The position numbers and the translations under genes are program-made. Source: the human T2T-CHM13v2.0 reference genome, Homo sapiens. Taken from it: a DNA stretch of 64,000 bases. The notes under the pieces were generated by a model that worked only from the letters and a program-made list of their open reading frames with translations, made no database searches and was not told the origin of the DNA. Location: the NCBI RefSeq assembly GCF_009914755.1, contig NC_060938.1. One strand, written 5' to 3'. Positions within the stretch are counted from its first letter, which is position 1, and every line of letters starts with the position of its first letter. Below are positions 12,236 through 25,800 of this stretch, one piece after another.

Positions 12236-13648
12236 TTTCTCTTTTAACTTTTGTTTTAGTTTTAGAGCTACAGTTGCAGGTTAGTTGTATAGATAAATTG
12301 TGTATTGTGGGAATTTGGTGTACAGATTATTTCATCACCCAGGCAATAAGCATAGTACTCATCAGGTAGATTTTAATCCTCACCCTTCTCCTACCCTCCA
12401 CCCTCAGGTAGGCCCTGGTGTCTACTGTTCCCATCTTTGGTTCCTTGTATACTCAATGTTTAGCTCCCACTAATACGTGAAAACATGCGGTGTGTAGTAT
12501 TCTATTCTGTGTTAGTTTGCTTAGGATAATGAATCCCAGCTCCATCCATGTTGATGCAAAGACATTATTTCATTGTTTTTTTATGACTGTATAGTATTCC
12601 ATGGTATATATGTTTCCTCATTTTATTTATCCAGTCTACCACTGATGGATATTTAGGTTGATTCATTGTCTTTGCTATTGTGAATAATGCTGCAATGAAC
12701 ATATGCATGCATGTGTCTTTATGGTAAAATGATTCATATTCCTTTAAGTATATACCCAAAATTGGGATTGTTGGATCAAATGGTTGTTCTGCCTTAAGTT
12801 CTTTGAGAAATTGCCAAACTGCTTTCCACAGTGGCTGAACTAATTTACATTCCCACCAGCAGTGTATAAGCATTCCCTTTTCTCAGCTTTACCAGCATCT
12901 CTGAGTTTTTGACTTTTTAATAGTAGCCATTCTGACTGGTTTAACATGTTATCCTACTGTGGTTTTGACTTGCATTTCTCTGATGATTAGTGATGTTGAA
13001 CTTTTATTAATATGTTTTTTGGCCATGTATATGTCTTCTTTTGAGAAATGTCTGTGTCCTTTGACTACTTTTTAAAGGGGTTGATTTTGCTTAATCTGAT
13101 TAAGTTCCTTAAAGATTCTAATATTAATATCTAATATTCATATCTAACATCTAATAAAACTAAATCTAATGTCTGATTTTAATATCTAAAGACATTCTTC
13201 CTTTGTTGGATGCACAGTTTGCAAGTATCTTTTCCCATTCTGTGGGTTGTCTATTTACTCTGTTGATAATTTCCTTTGCTGTGTACCTCTTTAATTAGGT
13301 CCCATTTATCAATTTTTGTTTTTGTTGCAATTTTTAGGGTCTTCATCATGAAATCTTTTCCAGGGCTGATGTCCAGAATGGTATTTCGTAGGTTTCCTTC
13401 AAGGGTTTTTACAGTTTTAGATTTTACGTTTAAGTCTTTAATCCACCTTGGGTTTTCGTATATGGTGTAAGGAAGAGGTCCAGTTTCAATTTTCTGCATA
13501 TGGCTAGCCAGTTATCTCAGCTTCATTTACCAAATAGGGAGTCCTTTCCCTATTGCTTGTTTTCGTCAACTTTATCTAAGATCAGATGGTTGTAGATGTG
13601 TGGCTTTTTTTCTGGGCCCTCTATTCTGTTTTACTGGTGTATTTGTTT
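12236..13648 (-). mobile_element. 5'-truncated L1PA (older, about PA13-16)
   Basis: ORF 12565-12873 gives L1 ORF2 C-terminus (HCWWECKLVQPLWK...MFIAALFTIAK); L1PA 3' UTR at the left end. Confidence 0.92.
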
Positions 13649-14797
13649 CAGATCTTTGATGGCCACCCCAGACATGGACCACTGCAGAACACTATGCATC
13701 ACCTAAGTCAACAGCTCATTTTTATTCATCAAGTATTTATTAAGGGCTCATTAACAGCAAAGCACCATACTACAGATATAAAAGAATGAAGTATATCTGA
13801 CATGTGCAGATTCTGTTTCTAAGGGGATTGCTGCTTAAGAGAAAAATAATTCATGCGCATAAATAACTATAATAAAGTGGGGAAGCTCTGTGTGCTTAAG
13901 AGAATCACTGTTAAAAAAAAAAAAAAAACTCTCCATGTGCTAACAATGCACTTGGGTTAAGCCTTGAGGACAAGAGGATTTTAGAGTAAGAAGGTAACCA
14001 ATGCAGGAAAGTACAAAAAAAAAAATCACAGGGAATAGCACATAGTTAAAATTAATAGAATAAAATAATTAATTCTAATTAGTTTTGAAAATTGAAACCA
14101 GGTCTACATAATGAACATATTAAATGTGTCATTTTAGTTTTGATTTTATTGGTGTTGGATAAGAAACACTTATAAGTCTTTGTAAGTGTGAATCTAAGAA
14201 GTGGTCTTTAGATAATCTTTAGACCATGAGTAGAACATGTTGTATATTTCATCCTTCAACAAGCACTCCATCATCTCTAAGGACCCACATTTGAGGTGAA
14301 AAATATACTAAAAGTAAATGAAGAATAGTAGATATGTAGAGTTCCCAGGGGAAAAATTTGAGTAATTCTTTTAACAATATTTTTCATACAAGTTTAACAA
14401 AAAGATTTACTAAAGAGGAGCAAAAGGGGGGTTTTAAAATAAATATTTTAGAATAAAAGAGATAAGAATTTCAGTGGGCCCCCAAAATTTAAAAGGACCA
14501 GAAACATTAGATTATAGCAAACATTACAGCATAAAAGAAATCCACAATGTCAAGATAAAGTTAATGGCCTAGCAACTTGGTTGTCAACTTTTTATTTAAT
14601 TACACTCTGGACATATTTGAGAGGTCTTCATATGGGTAAGAAAACTATGCTGCTAAAAGTCCATCAAAGATAAACACAGGTCTATGTACCAAGAGTATAT
14701 ACAATCAACCTTCCCATGAGCCAAATGTTTCTTATACCAAAATTCAAATGATCTCTTAGGCTATTCCTGTTTATTTCTTGTCTTTTTGTTTAGTACC

Positions 14798-15157
14798 TGT
14801 ATTAGTCCATTCTCATGCTGCTAATAAAGACATACCAAAGACTGGGTAATACATAAAGGAAAGGAGGTTTAATGGACTCACAGGTCCACATGGCTGGGGA
14901 GGTCTCACAATCATGGCGGAAGGTGAAAGGGGAGCAAAGTCACGTCTTACATGGTGGCAGGCAAGAGAAGTGCTGAGCAAAAGGGGGAAAGCCCCTTATA
15001 AAACCTCAGATCTTATGAGAACTCAGTATCATGAGAACACCAACATGAGAGTAACCATCCCATGATTCAATTACATCCACCTGGCCCTGCCCTTGACACC
15101 TGGGGAGTATTACAATTCAAGGTGAGATTTGGGTGGGGACACAGCCAAACCATATCA
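14798..15157 (-). mobile_element. THE1 (THE1C/D-like) solo MaLR LTR
   Basis: tgtattagtccattctc...gggacacagccaaaccatatca; 360 bp; TSD gtacc/gcacc. Confidence 0.93.
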
Positions 15158-16024
15158 GCACCCAATATAATCATAATTCTAAAGAAGCTCTGTGAATTTA
15201 ATCTTAATGTAGACTATTCTGATATCATAATATATTATTAGTGAAATTGGAGGGATTAATATTTTGTAATAGGGTAAAATTAAGGATAGGCAGTGTGAAT
15301 CTAAGACCAAGATGTCTACTTGCAAGGCAAAAGAATATGCTCTGAGGAGAAAAAGTCAAAGTAGGAACCCATAGTGAAAATAAATAAATAAATAAAACTT
15401 TGTTTATAAATTAAATATAAGGTTTACTTAGTAGGCTAGAACACCTATTAACTTGTATTGATCAAAGTAGTAACATTAATATACACAGCCAAGTTGTTTT
15501 CTATGTATCATCTCTTTCCCTCATGGAACATTCTTACAGAATTGAGCAGGTCTATGAGAAGCTGCTTCTTAAGCAAAGATGCCGCTTATGATGCAGTTGT
15601 TGCTGTAGCTATAGGTTTATGACTGGAGAAGCCTGGTATGTTGGCAAGGGAGACATATATATTCAGCCATTCAGCCTCCTGTTCCCCTCTGACACTATAT
15701 GTTAAGTAAATATATATCTATATCCCTAAAGATCACAGTGCCAATGATGCCATCCAGAGTCAATTAGCCTATTGCTCAGATATGAGACCATACAAGTCGT
15801 CTCTGATAATTTTTTTAATCTGTTGATCTTAGTGTTAATCTAGAGATTCTAAGAAATTAAAAGTTTTATATTGTAAATTAACTATGTTTGAAAAAGACAT
15901 AAGCAGATTTGGCATGTGGTGTTAATAAACGTGTACCATCTCCTCTAAGTTCTACAGACCAAAAGCATTATTAATTTTCTTCACCTCTCATTGGTTTGTG
16001 TCTCTACCTCCTATAAATCCAGCA

Positions 16025-17180
16025 AAACTTAAAAAAAACCCTAGGAAATACTATTCTAGACATAGGCCTTGGCAAAAATTTCATGACAGAGACTCCAAAA
16101 GCAATTGCAAACAAAAAAACACAAAATTGACAAGTAAGACCTAAATAAAGAGTTTAGATTAAATTACACCAAAGACCTAATTAAACTATCAACAGAGTAA
16201 ATAGGCAATCTACAGAATTGGAGAAAATATTTGCTAACTATGTATCTGACAAAGTCTAATATCCAGAATCTATAAGGAACTTGAACAAATTAACAAGCAA
16301 AAAAACAAACAATCTCATTTAAAAATGGGCAAAAGACATAAACAGGCACTTTTCAAAAGAAGACATATCGATAGCCAACATTATATAAAGTCTTATTAGG
16401 CTCAACATTGCTAATCATCAGAGAAATGCAAATCAAAACCACAATGAGATACCATCTCACACCAGTCATAATGGCTGCCATTAAAAAGTCAAACAAATAA
16501 CACATGCTGGTGAGGCTGCAGAGAAAAGAGAATGCTTATACACTGCTGGTGGGAATGCAAATTAGTTCAGCCACTGTGGAAAGCAGTTTGGCAATTTCTC
16601 AAAGAATTTAGAACTACCACTCAACCCAGTAATCTCATTATTGGGTATATACCCAAAGGAATATAAATCATTCTACCATAAAGATGCATGCACACTATGT
16701 TCATCACAGCACTATTCACAATAGCGAAGACACGGAATAAACTTAGATGCCCATCAACAGTGGACTGGATAAAGCAAATGAGGTACATATACATTATGGA
16801 ATCCTATGCAGCCATAAAAAAAATGAGACTGTGTTCTTTGCAGGAACATAGATGTAGCTGGAGGCCATTATCCTAGTGAATTAATGCAGGAACAGAAAAC
16901 CAAATACTACATGTTCTCATTTATATGTGAGACCTAGCCATTTAGTACCCATGGACACAAAGATGGGAACAATAGACACCAGAGCCTACTTGAAGCTACA
17001 AGGTAGGAGGGAGGGTAAGGATTAAAATTACCTATTGAGTACCGTGCTTATTACCTGGGTGAAGAAGTAATATGTACACCAAACTCCCTTGACACTCAAT
17101 TTACCCATATAACAAACCTGCACATGTAACCCCTGAACCTAAAATCAAAGTTGGAAGGAAAAATAAAAATTGTAAAAAAA
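16025..17180 (+). mobile_element. 5'-truncated L1PA (about PA15/16)
   Basis: ORF2 C-terminal peptide MFITALFTIAKT; 3' UTR ending aacaaacctgcacatgtaacccctgaacctaaaat plus A-tail. Confidence 0.92.
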
Positions 17181-18384
17181 ATCAAAACAAAACCAGGGAA
17201 AGACTTGGCAGAAGTCAGTCCAGCAACTACTTTAAGAAAAAAAAATCATTTCCTCCCAGGAGTCCTTAACACAAAAATAGGCATACCTTTCTTGCATTTA
17301 TTTAATAAGATGATGCCACAGTTGTACTGGGGAAAATATGAATAGTCATAACAAATAACTCATTTTATTCCAAAATCAACTATTAATATATGGATTCAAG
17401 TTGCTTATTAACTATACCCACTGTTAAACAGTTCTCTGGTAATGAGATGGTCCCTCAATCATACTATAAAATAGAATATTTTACTATGTCTTAAGTACTT
17501 ATGGGCAGAAACAAACATATCTCAGCATGAAATTATCTATGCCTTGTAACTAAGTATGAAAACATAGTGAGGACAGTGAGAGTTATTTCCCTGAATTATT
17601 TACTTTTAATTATTTATGATAGCAGGATAAAATTACATAATCACCTTCAGAATCCATGCTTAATGAACTTATTTCATCTACTCTGAAAAGTCATTTTTTA
17701 TTCCTCCATCCTTCATAAAGCTGTGCACTTCTCAGGGTTCCCTTTTATGGAGTGTGATACAGAGGCAAATAAAATGAAAGAAATAGTCCACAAAAGTCTT
17801 CCCAGAACGAGACATAAGAAAAAATCAGACTGTGGAATGCAGCAAGGAAATCACAGGAAATATTTTAAATGTTTCTCCTTTTAAAAAATCAGAAAATACA
17901 AATTGGGCCATTAAATTCCAAAAGTATGGATTCCTAAAAATTGTTTAAATGTCCTGAAAGGTAAGGATATGTGAATTTATGACTGATGAAAGGAGATAGC
18001 AAATGCCTTACACCTGGATATTTGCAAGCATCTGGAAAAGCTTTATCTGTGGAGCAGTTCCTGAGATCCTTCACCTACCCAAGACTATTTATTTGCTAAA
18101 TGCACAGTCATCGTAAGAAACAGATGGCAGAGGTGCTCACTTTTGTACAACATAATTACAATAAAATAAAGCATAGTGATTTTGTCAGAAGAGGAAAAAT
18201 GCATAATGCACTTGCTAAAATTGGCTAATTGATTTCACAGAGCCAAGGAGACACAGTGGTATGAGTGGATGTGTGTGTACACATAGAATCTTTCTTCACA
18301 TCTGATGCATTAAAGAAATGCTAACTTCAACTATGCCATTACCATCCTCAGCACCACCGTGAACACCAGATTTCTCTCTTATAA

Positions 18385-18718
18385 GATTTTTTGAGGTACA
18401 ATTGCTATACCAAAAATTATACATATTTAATGTATACATTTTGATTAGTTTGGACATATATATATACACCTGTGATACCATCACTACAATCAAGGTATTA
18501 TACTAAACATATTCATCGCCTCCAACAAATTCCTTATGTTCTTTTCTGTTTTGTTTTTGGTAAGAACACATAACATGAGATCTCTTCTTAACGTATTTTA
18601 AAGTATGTTAACAATACAATTAGTGCACTAACAATACATACAGTGAATTGCGTTGTTAACTACAGGTACTGTATTGTACAGCAGATCTCTAGAACTAATT
18701 CATCTTGTATAACTGAAA
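18385..18718 (-). mobile_element. L1MA9/L1MB-like 3' end
   Basis: gaggtacaattg...ttgtacagcagatctctagaact...tataactgaaac. Confidence 0.8.
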
Positions 18719-20799
18719 CCAAGTTTTCAAAACAATGGAGAAGGAACATTATGGTAACAATCTTACGGTCCCTTAACCTTCCTGCTCTCTGATTTCATGA
18801 CAATAATGGCAGCATCCAATGCTGACACTATTTTGGGTATTGTATGTACATATATACATATATGTTTTTGTCTAAATGAAGAAACAAGGGAAGGGTGGGC
18901 TTGTTTTCTCCCAGTGATTCAGGGCAGAAATGTGATATTCCAACCACTGGAATAATGGAAAATCTATTGCCCATACAAATACAGGATACTGCTGTTAATT
19001 TTCTCTACAGTGTCTACTAAAACAAATTTAAAACCTTCTGTAGCCAATTACCTAGATACCAATAAGTTGCAAAGAAAGAAAGTTGTGCAGGAGCTTGAAT
19101 TCAAGCATGTCAAAAGAGGGAAGAAAATGCTTGCTGAACTAGGATCACCAAATGTAAAACTGCTGAGCAAGAAAGAAGTATGTAAATTGATTAAATTTTT
19201 CAAGAGAGAGTCATTTTCCTTTCTTTTCTCCTCATGCTGAGAACATTTCTTTTTTAAATATCATGGTCACTAGAGGTTGAATATTCACTAGAAAGCACAT
19301 TTCAGCACAATCACATGTCAAATCTTGCCAGACAAAATGTGTGCAGGTCTTTGGGAGTACTGATACCTTTGAAATAAATTGTGTGTTAACAAACAGTCCA
19401 TTCTGGTGATACAAGTTAATTGCATAATTATGTTGGGATAAGACAATACAATTACCACATCTCACTCTACACAGATCTCAGGATAGGTATCCAATTAACT
19501 CAGGTCAACAGACTCCTTGCTTAGGATGTGGTTTTCAGTCTGCTCCCAAGATGACATCACACAGTTGCCTATCTCCTGAAGTGCAAAAAAGCTTTTTAAG
19601 GAAATAAGGCAATTTTGAAGAGGTTAGGAGCAAACTGCTGTGATCTACTTGATTCAGAAAGTAGTATTCTAATAAATCTCTTTCAGTATGTCATGAAAAT
19701 ATTGTTCAAAATCGATCAGAGTGGCTAAAATATACAAAAGTTCATTATGTTGTTTTCCATAAATATTTCATTCAAGGATTGTATCAAAGCTGAGGACATG
19801 AGAGTTGAATGTAGTCTCAAAAACATCAGAAAGCATGGAAATCCTATTTTATAAAGATATATTTAAAACTGAGAAGATTACCAGACTATCGCAAGCAAAG
19901 AGAGAGCCTAGCATGGAATTTTAGAAAATATGAAATGCCTTTAACAACTTGCCAAATAAATAGGTTTTGATATATAAAGAAATCTGTAATATCATGGAAG
20001 GATTCGTTTTTTATTCATTTGTTATCCTGAATACAAAAGCAGCATTGAGCAGAAACGTCAAAATAGGGAACATCTGTTGGTGCCATCCCCTCCAGCAGAA
20101 ACTGGTAACCCCTTTTGCAATTACATAGCATTTACTTACCACTTTTCTAAACACTTGTCATATTGCAACACAATTATTTTTAAGACTCTTCCACAATAAG
20201 ATAAATTGCTAAGAAACAGGGAATGTGTCCAAATTCACCTTTTCATCCCCATCTATCATTCACTTAGTTCCCAATAAATGTGTGTTAAATAAGAGAAAAA
20301 TGTATAAACAGCAATGTAATAAATTTCATTATCATGCCACATAGATATGGGTCTTTCGTAGTTATTTCAACATTAGCCATCATTAGGTTTATATAAAGAG
20401 GAAATGAATAGAATGGCAACGCAATGTTATATCCTACATAAATGGAATTCTCTGGCTCATGGTAACGGAATGTAGCCAGTTGGAAAAGCCATGAAGTGGA
20501 ACTAAACAGTGAAGTCAGTGAAGTTGGTACAGATGCTGGGAGAAACTCCAGGTTGTTAGACCTCACACAACATCCAAATATAAACCAAGATAATGCACTG
20601 GCATTGATATTTCTCATATGGGATATATGAAGCCAAATGCTATCTTGTAAATCTATATCAGCACATTGCCTAGATGTTTAAGCTCTGTCCACAATTTCCT
20701 GGCTACCACACTGGCTTTTAGAGACAGGCCTCTTTGTCTCAAATCTAGGCATTAATGAGAGCCAGCAAGGCCCTGGTCCTAAAGAGGCTAAGATGTTGG

Positions 20800-20860
20800 G
20801 CAAAAACAAAGACACGATTTGAGCAAAAACAAAGACACGATTTGAGCAAAAACAAAGACA
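20800..20860. repeat. 23-bp tandem repeat, about 2.6 copies
   Basis: gcaaaaacaaagacacgatttga twice plus gcaaaaacaaagaca. Confidence 0.95.
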
Positions 20861-22661
20861 GATATGCTTTTTCACTGGAAAAAGTATAGTTATCCAGAAG
20901 GCGGAGACGACATGGAATTAGACTTGCCAAATAAATCACAAGTCCAATACAGAGCTTTAAATATAATAAAGGTTGAAATTGGAGCTTGGATGACTTGATT
21001 CAAAGCCTTAAGTCACTTAATTTTCTTTTATTTTCTATGTAAAGTCAGGATTGGATCTGGAGACAAAGCTGGTTTGAACATGTTAATGGGAGCTAAGCAC
21101 CTCTTGTTTTCAATTTAAAAATGTATGCCACGGTAAGGAATTAGGCAGAACCTGACACAAAGTCTGCAACTTTTGTTCCCCACCAGCATATTCAATTTGC
21201 TATGGGCAGCCCCCACTCATGACTTTATGAAGTAAATATAAATAGAAGGCAACTAGAGATTTTTAGCCCCAGAATGCCTCTAGTGCATTGTTCCATTGAG
21301 ATTCTGCTACCTGAGATAATCCCAGATCTATTATCCACTCCTGTTTGAATTTCACTTACGATGGACTATCCTTTTTTGGGGTTTTTTGAACCTAAATTCT
21401 TAATTACTCAAGTCTTGGACTCAGTATGTTTTCTCTTTGTTTTGGAAACCTAAACACTTAGCTCAGGGGTTAGATATGTGTGTTTGGACCCAAATTAAGT
21501 TCTGAATAATCTTCTTGGCTTGATAAAAACCCACATTCCTCTAGCAGTTGGCAAGACTCTTTCTGCTTCTCACTGTTTGTTCCATTCTTGAGAATGTGAG
21601 ATGGTATGGCTCCCGCATTCTTCCAGCTAAGTATCCCTCGCTGTTCAACTGCAGCATGAATGACTAGACCCTGGTTAGACTATATTTTAGCTCATTCCCT
21701 AAGCTCATGGACCTTGGTAAAACAGCACACAGAGTCCTAGTCCTGCCTATTTGTAGTTCTACCACCACACGCACCTCATTGCCTAAATCTTTAAAAAATA
21801 TTTGCTTTGGGCGTCCAAGCAAGGAAGACAGATTGTAGCAACTGCATGCTTCTGTTTCTGCTATTTAGAAAGATACACTCTGTACATCCAGATGGTAGCA
21901 CTACCAAGTCCCTGGATATTTCTCCCCAGGAGCACGGAGTCAGACACTGTTAACTATGGTATTTATTTGTGATACTTGCAGAGAAGTGGCAAATTAATAT
22001 TAATATAGATCACACAGCCGGGAAGGAAGCCCTATCCTTCAAGTGAAAATGTGCATACTCCAGGAAGGGGGCCTGCAGCAATGGGAACACTGGAGAGGCC
22101 CTTCTTCCCACTGAGTTCTAGCAAAACATGTTTCCCAAACAATAATAGAGAATCAAGAAAATTATGTGCTAAATATTAAACTTGAAAGCCAACTCTACCA
22201 AAATGATTCAAACCCACAACTTTATTTCAAATATTTTCAACACTGGCCTGCTTTTATAAACTAAATTCAAATAAAGTTATGAAAATATTTTGCTTACCCT
22301 CATGATACAGATGTTAGAGGCATGCTTAACAGCTTTCTCAGTTTCTTTCTTTACAATGAGTTGTCTAGTCAACCACAGAGATTTAGTGAATATTTCCAGG
22401 TCTATTTTTACATGTCCCTCAAAAATTAATAACTGACCTGGAAAATCATGTTATACATATTATATAAGAGAAATGAGCATGACTTTTGTTCTCATTAACC
22501 TCTCTATGTAAGTTTTCGGAAGTTAGAATACCTGAGGTTGAACTGACATTTAACAGTATAAAATGATAAGTAGTCAAGAACTACGTGCTAAGTTTTAAAT
22601 TTTCTGTTTTTTAAAAATTGAAACTGATTTTTAAATATTACATCTTCTTCAAAATATTTTA

Positions 22662-23010
<349 letters not shown>

Positions 23011-23927
23011 TTACATTAAAAAAAAAAACAGAAAATAAAATATACCTTTTACATCAGTTTAGTCAATAAATTTTATAAGTAAGGAAACTCTATGGAACCA
23101 GGGGATTTGGTTAAGTAACCCACATTTAGCATGATTTTGCAATCTGAACACCGCTTCTGGTATGTTGTAAGGATTCTGGAAACACTGGAGGAATTCCATA
23201 CCTTAAGATTCTAAATAGGATGGGAACATATGAATAGTATTCTAGTTTACTTAAATGTTTACCCAAAAGGTAGCCACTTGATTGATCCTGTCCTGGAACT
23301 CTTATAACAATGTAAACCCCTCTACAGAATGCTAGGAGAGTACACACTTAGTGATGCTTAATATTTAAATGAACACTTGAATGAATGAATGAACTGGAAA
23401 CCTCATATTTTTTTCTCATAAATGTTTCCTTCTTCCCCTCTTAAGCTGCGATAGAAAAAAAAAATCTCTCTCAACTAGGTTCTATTTCCAATGGCCATAA
23501 TATTCTTAAGAATTAAACATCACATACATATGCACTTAATCTTCTAAAATCCTTTCAAAATTGTGTCATATGCAATTAGTGAATTGTGTAGATTGAGCTT
23601 CTAGGAACGATAAAGTTCTTTATATGGATTCCATTTCAAATAAAAGAAAGTATTAATCTTCATAACCATGTCTTAGGTTTAAAATTCTTGACATATTAGA
23701 AAAAAAGAAACTTTCTCATCAATATTAAATAATTAAAAGTGGTCATAGTTGAACAGTAACCTACCAAGTTTTACCTTTTCCAAGTTCGGACCCACATTTT
23801 CAGTGATTTGTTTTCAGCCTGGGGCAGATGACATTCATTCCAATGAATCTGCATTTACAGAACCCATGAGCTATGGAAAATCAAATCATAGTTTTCGTTT
23901 TTGCTCTATTTATTTAAAACTATCTCA

Positions 23928-24240
<313 letters not shown>

Positions 24241-24925
24241 TCATGTTTCCTAGGAGGTGATTTTAGCTAGCATTTATCAATAATAATTCTAGGAAAATTG
24301 CAAACTTTTTAAAACTTACACATCCATAATTATGCCTTTCCCAAACTGTTTCCAGAATAGTTATTTTTGATAATAAAAATGTATTTATTTAATGAAATGT
24401 GTGGTAAAGTATTATAGACTTTCATATACATAAACTCACTATTAGTCTAATCTGCCTTGAATTTACAATTTATCCTAAAGTTCAAAATAGATTTTTCCCT
24501 TTGTTCTAAAAGTTTTGCTTAGGCTTCTGGCCAAAACCAATATAATCCTAACCTAAGACCTAAGTAAAGCTTTAGTATGCTTATGCACAGTGTATGTAAT
24601 GCATGATTTCCCATATAGAGGCAAAAAGGTGAACTTTAATAGCATAGACCTTAAGCAATATTTTCTTTCACTTGCTACTTTATAAGTATGAATTATAAGA
24701 AAACTAGACACTAACATTCTTTCATCCGGTATTTTTTTCCAGGATCCATTTAAGATGAAAATAACTATGGTGACTAACATTATCACTCTACTAGCTAGCA
24801 CTCATATGGCTATTGTTCAACCATCACTTGCAGCATTTGAGAATTTGGGTATAGGAGGCAAATCCCAATTCAAGACTAACAGGGGCTTCCAGTAATCCAA
24901 AGAAAGGAGAAAAGAATCCTATCAA

Positions 24926-25022
24926 GGATCTCACGAATCACCACTAAATAACTTACTCATGTAACCAAATACCACCTGTACCCCAACAACTTACGGAAAA
25001 ATAAAGTAAAATCAAATAAAAT
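24926..25022 (+). mobile_element. very short 5'-truncated L1PB (L1PB1-like)
   Basis: atcaccactaaataacttactcatgtaaccaaataccacctgtacccc; 15-bp TSD aaagaatccta(t/c)caa at 24911 and 25023. Confidence 0.88.
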
Positions 25023-25659
25023 AAAGAATCCTACCAATATTATAAGATTCACTCATGTGCCTCTTGAAAATCCCCAGACTTCATAACTGGCCTCTTCCAA
25101 ATACAAATTAGAGCTCTATTTACCCTCATTGGGTTTCCTTAGGCTCAAATCCTTTCATTCTCTTGACTATGAATTGGAACAGAAGTAGGCACAGTTGGTC
25201 GTTTCAGAACTTTATTTCTAGCCACTTCCTCCTTCATGTCTTCCACAACTCACCACCAAACAATGTATTTAGGTACATATATTTCATGAATGCATTTATT
25301 TATTGAAATGGTGCCACTTCTTGTTTCAAGCTGACTGGAATTTTTTTCCATTACAACTTACTGTTGGTTTCCAACACCTGATAAATGTTCATAACAACAC
25401 ATATATGATTATATCAAAGCTATTCAATAATCTGAAAATGGAATATAGTTATTATGAATATTTTATATTATCCATACTTCAGAAATAAAAAATAAAAAAT
25501 ACTTAAAGCAAAACCCATCCATGTTCAGGACATATAATCTCATGTTAAGGCCATACAAGGTTTGTTTTGTTTTGTTTAATCTTAAATAAACTACTGGAAG
25601 CATGAATTCCCTTGACCAAATCCTCGACAAAAATTGTACTGGAGCTGGACTGAGGGGCC

Positions 25660-25800
25660 TAACAAAACATCTGAGCCAACTTTTCCATTTGAAAGAAAGG
25701 AAATTGAGATCCAGCTGGTGCTACATACAGGGTACTAGTGATAAGGTTGGGTCTGACACTTCACCCTCCCAGCTTTGGGGTGAGGCTCTTTCCAGACAAG
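25660..25800 (-). mobile_element. MIR fragment
   Basis: ccatttgaaagaaaggaaattgagatccag degraded core. Confidence 0.45.
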
